From the NCBI GenBank assembly GCA_963728915.1, contig CAVSLV010000004.1:64001-128000 (forward strand): a stretch of DNA of 64,000 nt, in the 5' to 3' direction. Below the pieces are notes generated by a model, which saw only the letters and a program-made list of their open reading frames with translations, was not told the DNA's origin and did no database searches. The translations under genes were made by a program, and so were the position numbers. The first letter of the stretch is position 1. Every line of letters begins with the position of its first letter. Positions 55,493 through 64,000 of this stretch are shown in pieces. This stretch comes from an uncultured Gemmatimonadales bacterium (GTDB lineage: Bacteria; Gemmatimonadota; Gemmatimonadetes; Gemmatimonadales; GWC2-71-9).

Positions 55493-57047
55493 GATGGGAA
55501 AAATAGCGGGCCATCAGTCGCTCGACCCCGGGTCTTGCTTCGGCGCCGCGATCGGCCGTTTCGGTGGTCAGGCGAATCCGACGCTCCAGCACGTCCTCCG
55601 GAGTCCGGGCGAATTCCCGCTCGATGGCGAACCGCACCTGGGCGCCGATGGCGGGGTGCGTGGTGCAGAGCGGGGCGATCAGCTCCCGATCCTCCCGGCA
55701 CAAGGCGAACAAGGTCGAGGTTTCGCTGCCGTAGTGCGCGCGGAGGTAATCGATCGTGGTTTCGCCGAGACCGAGCGCCGCGCCGGGCCCGCGGAGGGCA
55801 AGGCCAGCTCCCCGTTCACCGCCCGGCAATGGCTCGGTGCGACTCCTTCCCCCCGAACGAGTGGTGGTCGTGCCGAGGCGCTTGATCGCCTCGTTCACGA
55901 CCTCTTCGGCCATGCTCCGGAAGGTGGTGAGCTTGCCGCCCGCGATGGTCAGCATGCCTCCACTTCCCCAGAAGACCCGGTGCTCACGGGAGACCCGGCT
56001 GGGGGGAATCGCAGGATCGGACGCGAGGAGCGGCCGGACCCCGGCCCAGCTCGCGGTGACATCTTCCGGTCCGAGGCGCGCCTCCGGGAACAGGGCGTTG
56101 GCGGAACGGAGCAGGTACACCATTTCGGCCTCGGAGGGCCTGACCGATTCGGGTGGCTCGGTGGTATCCAGCTCGGTGGTGCCGATGTAGGTCCATTCTC
56201 CCCAGGGGAGGATGAAGAGGATTCGCTGGTCGATTGGACTGGAGAACAGAATGGCGTGGCGGTTTCCGATCCGGGCCCGGGGCACCTGGACGTGCGAGCC
56301 TTTGGTCGGCCGCAGAACCGGGGCGACCGCCGGATCTTCCAGACGGCGGATACGATCGACCCAGGGACCGGTGGCATTCACCACCAATCGGGCCCCGAGT
56401 TCGGCCTCGGCGCCGTCCAGCGGACTCCGGATCTGCGCGCCCCGAACCCGGTCGCCGTCACGAACCAGTCCGACGACCCCGGCATAGTTCGCGACCCTGG
56501 CCCCGGCCGCGACGGCCCCCCGGATTACCGCGAGCGTCAGGCGGGCGTCGTCGCATTGAGCATCGGCGTACCGCGCTCCCCCCCTCAATCCGCGTTCCCG
56601 GAGGAGCGGTTCGGCGTCCGTGAGGGCTCGCTTGCTCAGCCTCTCGTGGCGGCGCACATTACCCCGTCCGGCGAGCCGGTCGTAGATGGTGAGGCCGAGC
56701 CGAACCTTCCAGGGCGGAAGCCGGTCGCCTTGATAGAATGGGAGGATGAAGTCGATGGGGCGGACCAGGTTGGGAGCCAACCGCGAAAGAATGGTGCGCT
56801 CCCGCAACGATTCGGAAACCAGGCCGAACTGTCGGTGTTCCAGGTAGCGGAGACCACCATGAATCAACCTGCTGGAGCGCGAGCTCGTGCCTGACCCGAA
56901 ATCACCGGCCTCGACCAGCGCGGCGGAGAGGCCACGCAAGGCGGCGTCCCGCGCGATGCCGGCGCCGGTGATGCCTCCTCCGATGATGAGGAGGTCGAAG
57001 GGTCCGGTGCCCAGCTCGGGGATCGCGCTCCGCGGCAAAGGAGTCAT
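55479..57047 (-). CDS. glpD: FAD-dependent glycerol-3-phosphate dehydrogenase/oxidase
   Basis: IIGGGITGAG, GTSSRSSRLIHGGLRYL, WAGVRPL, GGKLTTFR. Confidence 0.94.
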   Translation of the reverse strand: MTPLPRSAIPELGTGPFDLLIIGGGITGAGIARDAALRGLSAALVEAGDFGSGTSSRSSRLIHGGLRYLEHRQFGLVSESLRERTILSRLAPNLVRPIDFILPFYQGDRLPPWKVRLGLTIYDRLAGRGNVRRHERLSKRALTDAEPLLRERGLRGGARYADAQCDDARLTLAVIRGAVAAGARVANYAGVVGLVRDGDRVRGAQIRSPLDGAEAELGARLVVNATGPWVDRIRRLEDPAVAPVLRPTKGSHVQVPRARIGNRHAILFSSPIDQRILFILPWGEWTYIGTTELDTTEPPESVRPSEAEMVYLLRSANALFPEARLGPEDVTASWAGVRPLLASDPAIPPSRVSREHRVFWGSGGMLTIAGGKLTTFRSMAEEVVNEAIKRLGTTTTRSGGRSRTEPLPGGERGAGLALRGPGAALGLGETTIDYLRAHYGSETSTLFALCREDRELIAPLCTTHPAIGAQVRFAIEREFARTPEDVLERRIRLTTETADRGAEARPGVERLMARYFSHHEHD

Positions 57048-57608
57048 GTGTTAGGAGTTTACTCGGACTCACCCGATGCGACGGAAGTCGCCCGACCGAG
57101 CAGCTGGTTTACCTGGCATGCGCACCGGATCCGTTCCGGCAGCCGGGTGCTCGATCTGGCGTGTGGAACCGGGCGACATGCTCTCGCCGCCGCTGCCCTT
57201 GGGGCGAGGGTGGTGGCCATCGACCGGGATCCCGGCCGACTGGAGATCGGACAGCAGGAAGCCAGGGCCCGGGGTCTGGAGCTCGAATGGCGCGAAGTCG
57301 ATCTGGAAGCGGAATGGCCCGACTTTGGATCATTCGACGCCGTCCTGGTGTTCAACTACCTGGATCGTTCCCGGATGTCCCGGCTGGTCAACCTGGTCGG
57401 TCCGGACGGGTTGCTGATGTACGAGACCTTCCTCGATGCGCAAAAGGGGTTCGGCTGGGGGCCGACCAATGACGCGCATCTGCTCCGCTCCGGCGAGCTG
57501 TTCCAGCTGGTCAAGCCTCTGACCGTAATCCACGGGCGAGAAGTGGTCGAGCCGGTCGACAGTTCTCGCTGGGTTGCGCTGGCATCGGTGCTGGCCCGGC
57601 GGCTGTGA
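57048..57608 (+). CDS. Class I SAM-dependent methyltransferase (TehB-like)
   Basis: VLDLACGTGRH, FDAVLVFNYL, LLRSGEL; AAGGAG at 57038. Confidence 0.88.
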   Translation: MLGVYSDSPDATEVARPSSWFTWHAHRIRSGSRVLDLACGTGRHALAAAALGARVVAIDRDPGRLEIGQQEARARGLELEWREVDLEAEWPDFGSFDAVLVFNYLDRSRMSRLVNLVGPDGLLMYETFLDAQKGFGWGPTNDAHLLRSGELFQLVKPLTVIHGREVVEPVDSSRWVALASVLARRL

Positions 57609-58915
57609 CCTTCGATCTGTTTGCGGGATCCCCCCGGCGGCCCGTGGTCGTCGCGGGGTTTCGTACGCCCTTCGCCCGGAGCGGGACCGCATTCGCGGAT
57701 GTCCTCGCGGTGGACCTGGCCAGATACGTGTCCAGAGAGCTGCTTTCCCGCACCGGGATCGAAGGCGCGCTGGTCGACGAAGTCATTTTCGGGCAGGTGG
57801 TGCCCTCGGTGCTCACGCCGAACGTGGCCCGGGAGGTCTCCCTGCTGCCCCAGTTTCCCCGCACCGTGCCGGCCTATACGGTGAACCGGGCCTGCGCCTC
57901 GGCGGGGCAGGCGGTCACCAATGCGCACGACCAGATCCGGCTGGGCCACGCCGATGCCATCCTGGCCGGCGGGGTGGAGTCCCTCTCCGACATCCCGATC
58001 CTGCATTCCCGGCGGATGAGCCGGACCCTGGTCGCCGCCGGCAAGGCCAGACAGCTGCGCGAGCGGGTTAGGCTCTTCGCCTCGCTCCGCCCCCGGGACC
58101 TGGTGCCGGTCACTCCCGCGATCGCGGAGCCGTCCACCGGTCTCACCATGGGACAATCGGCCGAGGCGATGGCCAAGGAGAACGGGATCTCGCGGGATGC
58201 CCAGGACCGGCTGGCCCTGATGAGCCATCAGCGCGCCGCGCAGGGCACCGACGACGGGCGCCTCACGGCCGAAATCGTGCCGTGGTTCGGGGGCCCGGAC
58301 CTTTCAGCGGTCCTGACCAGCGACAATGGGATCCGGCGGGACACCAGCCTCGAGGCCCTGGCCGCGCTCAAACCGGTCTTCGACCGCCGGTACGGCTCGG
58401 TCACCGCGGGGAACTCCTCTCCGCTGAGCGACGGGGCCGCCGCGGTGCTGCTGGTCGAGGAAACCCGGGCTCGCGCGTTAGGTCTTCGTCCGCTCACCAC
58501 CATCCGGAGTTATGCCGTCACCGCGGTCGATCCGGGATGGCAGCTTCTTTCCGGGCCCGCCTGGGCGGTGCCGCTGGCCCTGGATCGCGCCGGCATCCAC
58601 TGGAGCGACCTGGGTCTGCTGGAGATTCACGAGGCGTTCGCGGCGCAGGTGCTCTCCAACGCGCAGGCCTGGTCGTCCCGGGCGTGGGCCGCCAGGGTCG
58701 GGCGGCCGGAGCCGCTGGGGGAGGTCGACTGGGATCGCACCAACGTGATGGGCGGCTCGATTGCCATCGGCCATCCGTTCGGGGCCACCGGCGCCCGTCT
58801 GGTGACCACGCTGAGCAACGAGATGGTGCGGCGTCAGGTGCAGTTCGGCCTGATCTCGATCTGCGCCCAGGGAGGGATGGGACTCGCCATGGTGCTCGAG
58901 AATGTCAGCCGCTGA
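57605..58915 (+). CDS. fadI: 3-ketoacyl-CoA thiolase (FadI type)
   Basis: RTPFAR, NRACAS, HEAFAAQ, GHPFGATG, CAQGG. Confidence 0.9.
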   Translation: MTFDLFAGSPRRPVVVAGFRTPFARSGTAFADVLAVDLARYVSRELLSRTGIEGALVDEVIFGQVVPSVLTPNVAREVSLLPQFPRTVPAYTVNRACASAGQAVTNAHDQIRLGHADAILAGGVESLSDIPILHSRRMSRTLVAAGKARQLRERVRLFASLRPRDLVPVTPAIAEPSTGLTMGQSAEAMAKENGISRDAQDRLALMSHQRAAQGTDDGRLTAEIVPWFGGPDLSAVLTSDNGIRRDTSLEALAALKPVFDRRYGSVTAGNSSPLSDGAAAVLLVEETRARALGLRPLTTIRSYAVTAVDPGWQLLSGPAWAVPLALDRAGIHWSDLGLLEIHEAFAAQVLSNAQAWSSRAWAARVGRPEPLGEVDWDRTNVMGGSIAIGHPFGATGARLVTTLSNEMVRRQVQFGLISICAQGGMGLAMVLENVSR

Positions 58916-61040
58916 ACCAGTGAGAAGCGCCTTCGATCTTCAGGTCACCGACCACACCGCGGTGCTCACCCTGGACGTGCCGGGCGAACCGGTGAACGTG
59001 CTGGGCAGCTCGGTCATCGGCGAGCTGGAGGCGCTCCTGGCCCGGGTGAACCAGGACCCCGAAGTTCGCGCCATCGTGCTGCTCTCGGGTAAACCCGACA
59101 ACTTCGTGGCCGGGGCGGACATCAACGAGTTCGTGAAGATCCGGAGCGCCGAGGAGGGCTCGGCGCTGGCCCGGGCGGGACAGGAGATGCTCGACCGGCT
59201 GGAACGCTTTCCCAAGCCGATCGTGACCGCGATCCATGGCGCCTGCGTCGGGCTCGGGTGCGAGCTGGCCCTGGCGACGAGCTACCGCATCGCGAGCGAC
59301 TCACCCAAGACGATCATCGGGTTGCCCGAAGTCCAGCTCGGGATCATTCCCGCGGGGGGAGGATGCCAGCGCCTTCCCCGCACCATCGGCGTCCGCGCTG
59401 CGCTCGATATCATTCTCGCCGGTCGCACCGAGCGCGCCGCCAAGGCGCTCAGGCTCGGGCTGGTGGACGAGCTGGTGCCTCCCAGCATTCTCCGGAGCAC
59501 GGCCATCGCGGCCGCCGACCGGCTGGCCCGGCGGGGCGTTCCCCTGCGAAAACGAGGCGGGAGTCTGCTGCTGGAACGAAACCCGATCGGGCGCCAGATC
59601 GTGTACGCGATGGCGCGGCGCCAGGTGATGAAGAAGACCGGCGGGAACTATCCGGCGCCACTGGCCGCCCTCGACGCGGTCCGCGCGGGATTGGAGCTCG
59701 GCCGCAAGACCGGCTTTCAGCGGGAAGCCCGGCATTTTGGGACGCTCGCGGTCGGCGAGGTGTCCCGCAATCTGGTGCAGATCTTTTTCGCGACCAACGC
59801 GCTCAAGAAAGACGATGGGGTTCCCCGAGGAGCCGCGAAGCCGCGGGAGATTCGGCATCTGGGGATCGTCGGATCCGGGTTCATGGGGTCCAGCATCGCC
59901 GGCACCGCGGTTTCGCAGGCCGGGGTCGAAGCCAGGCTCAAGGATGCGGATCTCCCCCGGGTAGGCCGCGGCATCCATGCCGCCCTCGCGATCCTCAAAG
60001 GCCAGCTCGACCGGCGACGGATTACCCGATACGAATTCCAGCGGAAGGCAGCCCTGCTGAGCGGCACTTCGGACTGGAGCGGATTCGGGTCCACCGATCT
60101 CCTGATCGAGGCGGTCTTCGAGGACCTCGAGGTGAAACGGACCGTGTTCCGGGAGGCGGAGGCCGTGGTGCCCGCCGAAACGGTGCTCGCCAGCAACACG
60201 TCCACGATCCCCATCGCGAAAATCGCCGAGGGCGCCCGGGCCCCCGAGCGCATCCTGGGCATGCACTTCTTCTCGCCGGTGGACCGAATGCCGCTGCTGG
60301 AAGTGATCCCGTCGGTGTCGACCGGGCCCGACGCGATCGCCACCGCGGTCCGGTTCGGGCGTCGGATGGGGAAGACGGTGATCGTCGTCGCCGACTCTCC
60401 GGGGTTCTGGGTGAACCGCATTCTGTTCCCCTACCTCAACGAAGCGGGCCATCTGCTCTCCGAGGGCGTTCCGATCGAAGTGATCGACCGCGCCATGGTC
60501 CGGTTCGGCTTTCCGGTGGGTCCGATCACGCTCCTCGACGAAGTCGGGATGGATGTCGGGCTCAAGGCCAGCGAGGTCATGCACGCGGCTTTCGGCGAGC
60601 GGATGCAGCCGGGTCCGGGCGTCGAGAAGATGGTGAACGCGGGGCGACTGGGCCGGAAGTCGGGCTCGGGTTTCTATCTCTACCGGGACGGGCACAAGAC
60701 CGAGCCCGACCCGGCCGCGTACCGTTTGCTGGGGGTCAAGCCCCTCGCCGGATTCGACGCCGGGGTGGTGCAGCAACGGCTCGGGCTCATGCTCGTCAAC
60801 GAAGCGGCCCTCGCGCTTCACGAAGGCGTGGTGCGTTCGGCCCGGGATGGTGACATCGGGGCGGTTTTCGGCATCGGATTCCCCGCCTTCCGCGGTGGAC
60901 CGCTCCGATACATCGATTCCCTCGGTGCCGCTCGGGTGGTTTCCGCGCTGGAAGGCCTGGTGGTGGCGCACGGACCGCGATTCACCCCCGCCCCCGTCCT
61001 GGTCGAGATGGCCAGGACTGGAGCCAGCTATTACCCCTGA
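58902..61040 (+). CDS. fadJ: Fatty-acid oxidation complex alpha subunit (enoyl-CoA hydratase / 3-hydroxyacyl-CoA dehydrogenase)
   Basis: AGADI, GLPEVQLG, GSGFMG, EAVFEDL, SNTSTIPI, GMHFFSP. Confidence 0.92.
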   Translation: MSAAEPVRSAFDLQVTDHTAVLTLDVPGEPVNVLGSSVIGELEALLARVNQDPEVRAIVLLSGKPDNFVAGADINEFVKIRSAEEGSALARAGQEMLDRLERFPKPIVTAIHGACVGLGCELALATSYRIASDSPKTIIGLPEVQLGIIPAGGGCQRLPRTIGVRAALDIILAGRTERAAKALRLGLVDELVPPSILRSTAIAAADRLARRGVPLRKRGGSLLLERNPIGRQIVYAMARRQVMKKTGGNYPAPLAALDAVRAGLELGRKTGFQREARHFGTLAVGEVSRNLVQIFFATNALKKDDGVPRGAAKPREIRHLGIVGSGFMGSSIAGTAVSQAGVEARLKDADLPRVGRGIHAALAILKGQLDRRRITRYEFQRKAALLSGTSDWSGFGSTDLLIEAVFEDLEVKRTVFREAEAVVPAETVLASNTSTIPIAKIAEGARAPERILGMHFFSPVDRMPLLEVIPSVSTGPDAIATAVRFGRRMGKTVIVVADSPGFWVNRILFPYLNEAGHLLSEGVPIEVIDRAMVRFGFPVGPITLLDEVGMDVGLKASEVMHAAFGERMQPGPGVEKMVNAGRLGRKSGSGFYLYRDGHKTEPDPAAYRLLGVKPLAGFDAGVVQQRLGLMLVNEAALALHEGVVRSARDGDIGAVFGIGFPAFRGGPLRYIDSLGAARVVSALEGLVVAHGPRFTPAPVLVEMARTGASYYP

Positions 61041-61041
61041 A

Positions 61042-61362
61042 ATGCTCGAATCCGAATTCACGCTGGGCGGCTACCTCGCCAAGCACGAGCGGGCCCCGGC
61101 ATTCGCCGGGAGCGACGGCGAGGCGTACTCCGTTGCGGTATGGCTCGACGAGGAGCCCGACACCCAGGGACGCTACGGGGCGTCGCTGCTGTTCGTCCGC
61201 TGGAGCGCCGCCGGCGACCGGCCTCTGGGAACGGTCGAGAGCCCTCCGCTCGCTTTCGGACGGTCGCGCGACGAGGCCGACCAGCGCCTCAAGGCGATCT
61301 CGCTCTACGACGTGAAGGAAGCCCTCGACGCCGCGATCGCGGCCCGTCCCTCCGACTGGTGA
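61042..61362 (+). CDS. Hypothetical protein (106 aa)
   Basis: Tightly packed between fadJ and rsgA with a GTGA overlap; coding-like composition. Confidence 0.78.
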   Translation: MLESEFTLGGYLAKHERAPAFAGSDGEAYSVAVWLDEEPDTQGRYGASLLFVRWSAAGDRPLGTVESPPLAFGRSRDEADQRLKAISLYDVKEALDAAIAARPSDW

Positions 61363-62267
61363 CCGCGCAACAAGCCACCGTCCTGGCACGGGAAGGCGGC
61401 CAGTTCCGGGTGGCCATGGAGGGGGGCGAGGTCATCGCCATTCTCCGGGGCAAGGCCCGCCGGGACCAGTACGACCGGGTGGTGGTGGGCGACCGGGTGA
61501 CCCTCGATGCAGGGGATCGCCAGGGCATCTTCGGGATCACCGGGGTGCTGCCGCGCCGCAATCTGCTGGAGCGCCGCACGCCCATGGGCCGGGGCAATCG
61601 GCCCGTGGCGGCGAACCTGGATCGGGTATTCGTGGTGACCGCGGCGGCCAATCCGGCTCCCATCCCCCAGCTGATCGATCGGCTGACCGCGACCGCGGAG
61701 GCCAACGACGTGCCGGCCTCGCTGGTGGTGAACAAGGTGGATCTCGACCCCGGGCGCGACCTGGTGGAGCGGTACCGGTCTGCGGGTTATGACGTATATC
61801 CCTTGAGCGTCCGGACCGGGGAAGGACTGGAACCGTTCTTCGCGGCTCTCCGGGGCCAGGAGTCGCTCCTCACCGGGGCGTCGGGGGTGGGCAAGTCGAG
61901 CCTGCTGAACCGGCTCCAGCCCGGGCTCAAGCTCCGGACCGCCGGCATCAGCGAAAAAGTGGGGCGAGGGAAGCAGACCACTGTGGCCGCGGTGATGGTT
62001 CCGCTCGAGGCGGGCGGCTGGCTGGTGGATACGCCCGGCTTCAGCGAGGTGGGCCTCTGGGGTATCGCCCCGCGCGAGCTGGCCAGCTGCTTTCCGGAGA
62101 TGCGAGAGCCGCTCGAACGCTGCAAATTCCCCGACTGCTCCCACCGGAGGGAACCGGGTTGCGCGGTGCGGGAGGCGGTGGCGGCGGGCCGGATTCACCC
62201 GGAACGGTATGCCAGCTATCTGGTGCTGCTGGACGAGCTGCTGACTGCGCCGAAAGACTGGGAGTGA
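61359..62267 (+). CDS. rsgA: Ribosome small subunit-dependent GTPase A
   Basis: Circularly permuted NKVDL, GASGVGKS, DTPG; Zn finger CKFPDCSH..EPGC. Confidence 0.95.
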   Translation: MTAQQATVLAREGGQFRVAMEGGEVIAILRGKARRDQYDRVVVGDRVTLDAGDRQGIFGITGVLPRRNLLERRTPMGRGNRPVAANLDRVFVVTAAANPAPIPQLIDRLTATAEANDVPASLVVNKVDLDPGRDLVERYRSAGYDVYPLSVRTGEGLEPFFAALRGQESLLTGASGVGKSSLLNRLQPGLKLRTAGISEKVGRGKQTTVAAVMVPLEAGGWLVDTPGFSEVGLWGIAPRELASCFPEMREPLERCKFPDCSHRREPGCAVREAVAAGRIHPERYASYLVLLDELLTAPKDWE

Positions 62268-62268
62268 G

Positions 62269-62583
62269 CTACCGCCTGGTCCACCGGTCGGCGTCCCGGG
62301 TTTCCACTTTGTGCATCATACGGTCGAACGCGGTGTCGAGGTCGATGCCTTCCCGGTTCGCGATGCAGATCAGCACGAACAGAATGTCGGCGATCTCTTC
62401 CGCCAGATCGCCGTCCGGTTCTTCGGGCTTCCTGGTCTTCTGCCCGAACCGGTGGTTGATCTCCCGGGCCAGCTCCCCCACCTCTTCGCTCAGGCGGGCC
62501 AGATTGGTCAGGGGATGGAAGTAGCCTTCCTCGAACTGCGCGATCCAGCGGTCGACCCGGCGTTGGGATTCGGCGAGGCTCAT
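62269..62583 (-). CDS. MazG-like nucleotide pyrophosphohydrolase (YpjD-like)
   Basis: NLARLSEEVGELAREINH, EEIADILF, RDADRW. Confidence 0.9.
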   Translation of the reverse strand: MSLAESQRRVDRWIAQFEEGYFHPLTNLARLSEEVGELAREINHRFGQKTRKPEEPDGDLAEEIADILFVLICIANREGIDLDTAFDRMMHKVETRDADRWTRR

Positions 62584-62622
62584 GGAAAAATGATATCTTC
62601 CGTTTCCTCCTGACATAAGCCC

Positions 62623-62874
62623 ATGCGCTCTCGCGACCGGATCCTCACCAACCTGGAGAACATCTACCGGGAGTCGTTCGATCGGGCCAAGGAGGGCTCG
62701 GACGAGAAGCGCATGGCCGACCTCGATAACGCCTATATGCGGGATCAACTGATGCTGGAAATCCTGCTCGACATTCGCGACCTGTTCGCGGTGGCGCCGG
62801 CGGCCTCGGCCAAGGGGACCACCGCCCTCGAAAAGCTCGAAGCGCTTCGCCGGCTGGCGAAGTTCAAGCCATGA
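62623..62874 (+). CDS. Hypothetical helical protein (83 aa)
   Basis: Strong coding bias; ATGA overlap with the downstream gene. Confidence 0.75.
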   Translation: MRSRDRILTNLENIYRESFDRAKEGSDEKRMADLDNAYMRDQLMLEILLDIRDLFAVAPAASAKGTTALEKLEALRRLAKFKP

Positions 62875-64000
62875 ACGCGCGGGTCGCGGGGCTCCTGCTG
62901 CTGGCAGGGTGCGGCGGCGCCGCTTCCCAGGCCGATGTGGTGGTGTATGGGAGGATCTGGACCGGCGACTCGGTCACGCCGTGGGCCCAGGCGGTCGCCA
63001 TCCGGGGTGACACGATCGCCGCGGTGGGGGACAGCGCCACCATTGCCCGCCTCGCGGGCTCCCGCACGACGATCATCGCTCCCGCGAATGGGTTCGTCGC
63101 CCCGGGCTTCGTGGATGACCACGTCCATCTCCGCTGGGGCGGCTTCCAGCTCGCGAGCGTGGATCTCCGGGACGCCGGCACTCCGGAGGAATTCACCCGG
63201 CGCATCAAGGCGTTCGCCGCCACGCTGCAGCCGGGTGAGTGGATCACCGGGGGGGACTGGGACCACGAGAAATGGCCCGGTACCCCGCTCCCCGATCGGA
63301 GCTGGATCGACTCGGTGACGCCGCGGAACCCGGTCTTCGTGCAGCGGCTCGACGGCCACATGGCGCTGGCCAACTCGCTCGCACTCGCCGCGGCCAAGCT
63401 CGATCGCGCCATGAAGCCGATTCCGGGTGGCGCCATCATCCGTCGTCGTGACGGAGAGCTGACCGGGGTCTTCAAGGACGAGGCCATGAACCCGGTGGGG
63501 GCGGCGATGCCCGAGCCGTCCCCCTCCCAGCTCGATTCCGCCATCGCCCGCGCCATGCGTCACGCCGCCTCGCTCGGCGTGGTGGCGGTGTCGAGTGTGA
63601 GCACCGACTGGGCCGACATCGCCGCGCTCCGGCGGGCTCGGGCCCGGGGCGCCCTCACCCTCCGGGTCTCGAACTATATCGCGCTCGCGGACTGGCGGTC
63701 CATGGCCGACTCCCTCAAGGCCCATGGGCCCGGCGACGACTGGATCCGGGTCGCGGGGGTCAAGGGGTTCGTGGATGGCTCGCTGGGCTCGACCACCGCA
63801 CTCATGTTCAGCCCCTATCGCGATGCACCCAACACCCGCGGGTTGTTCGTGACCCCGGAAGACTCGCTCCGGGCCTGGATCGGCGCCGCGGATTCCGCCG
63901 GGCTTCAGGTCGCGGTGCACGCCATCGGCGACCGGGCCAATGCGCTCCTGCTCGATATCTACGACAGCGTCGCCAAGGCCCACGGACCGAGAGACCGGCG
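62871..64000 (+). CDS. Amidohydrolase 3 family (YtcJ-like) lipoprotein; runs off the window edge
   Basis: Not in the ORF track. Manual translation gives MNARVAGLLLLAGC, PGFVDDHVH, DGHMALANS, KGFVDGSLGSTTA, VHAIGDRAN. Confidence 0.88.
   Translation, partial: MNARVAGLLLLAGCGGAASQADVVVYGRIWTGDSVTPWAQAVAIRGDTIAAVGDSATIARLAGSRTTIIAPANGFVAPGFVDDHVHLRWGGFQLASVDLRDAGTPEEFTRRIKAFAATLQPGEWITGGDWDHEKWPGTPLPDRSWIDSVTPRNPVFVQRLDGHMALANSLALAAAKLDRAMKPIPGGAIIRRRDGELTGVFKDEAMNPVGAAMPEPSPSQLDSAIARAMRHAASLGVVAVSSVSTDWADIAALRRARARGALTLRVSNYIALADWRSMADSLKAHGPGDDWIRVAGVKGFVDGSLGSTTALMFSPYRDAPNTRGLFVTPEDSLRAWIGAADSAGLQVAVHAIGDRANALLLDIYDSVAKAHGPRDR

Overview
GC-rich bacterial chromosome segment. The gene set and style (Kgd-type SucA, MqnD, FadIJ, small conserved hypotheticals) suggest Gemmatimonadota, but that is inference. 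It holds about 50 CDSs and one tRNA-Cys. No integrase, transposase, CRISPR array or rRNA was recognised. Main blocks: Ada; a sodium:solute symporter / nucleotidyltransferase / variant galactokinase operon; a Tat-exported GMC dehydrogenase operon with two TIM-barrel enzymes; PotABCD; an RND efflux system; glutamine synthetase; bcp-tolB-like-lepB; csp; an uncharacterised c-type haem lipoprotein next to a hairpin-dense 800 bp intergenic region; LemA-HtpX; HD-GYP; MqnD; a 2790-aa cyclic beta-1,2-glucan synthase; a tandem-repeat Cys/His secreted protein; an XRE regulator with overlapping divergent promoters; tal-tkt; HNH; kgd/sucA; glpD; fadIJ; rsgA. Two translation signals recur across the window: about ten apparently leaderless genes and several CTG/ATT starts. 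The best candidates for undescribed biology are the variant-GalK sugar salvage operon, the haem lipoprotein locus, and the XRE switch with its neighbours beside cgs. All product calls come from motif recognition only; no searches were run.
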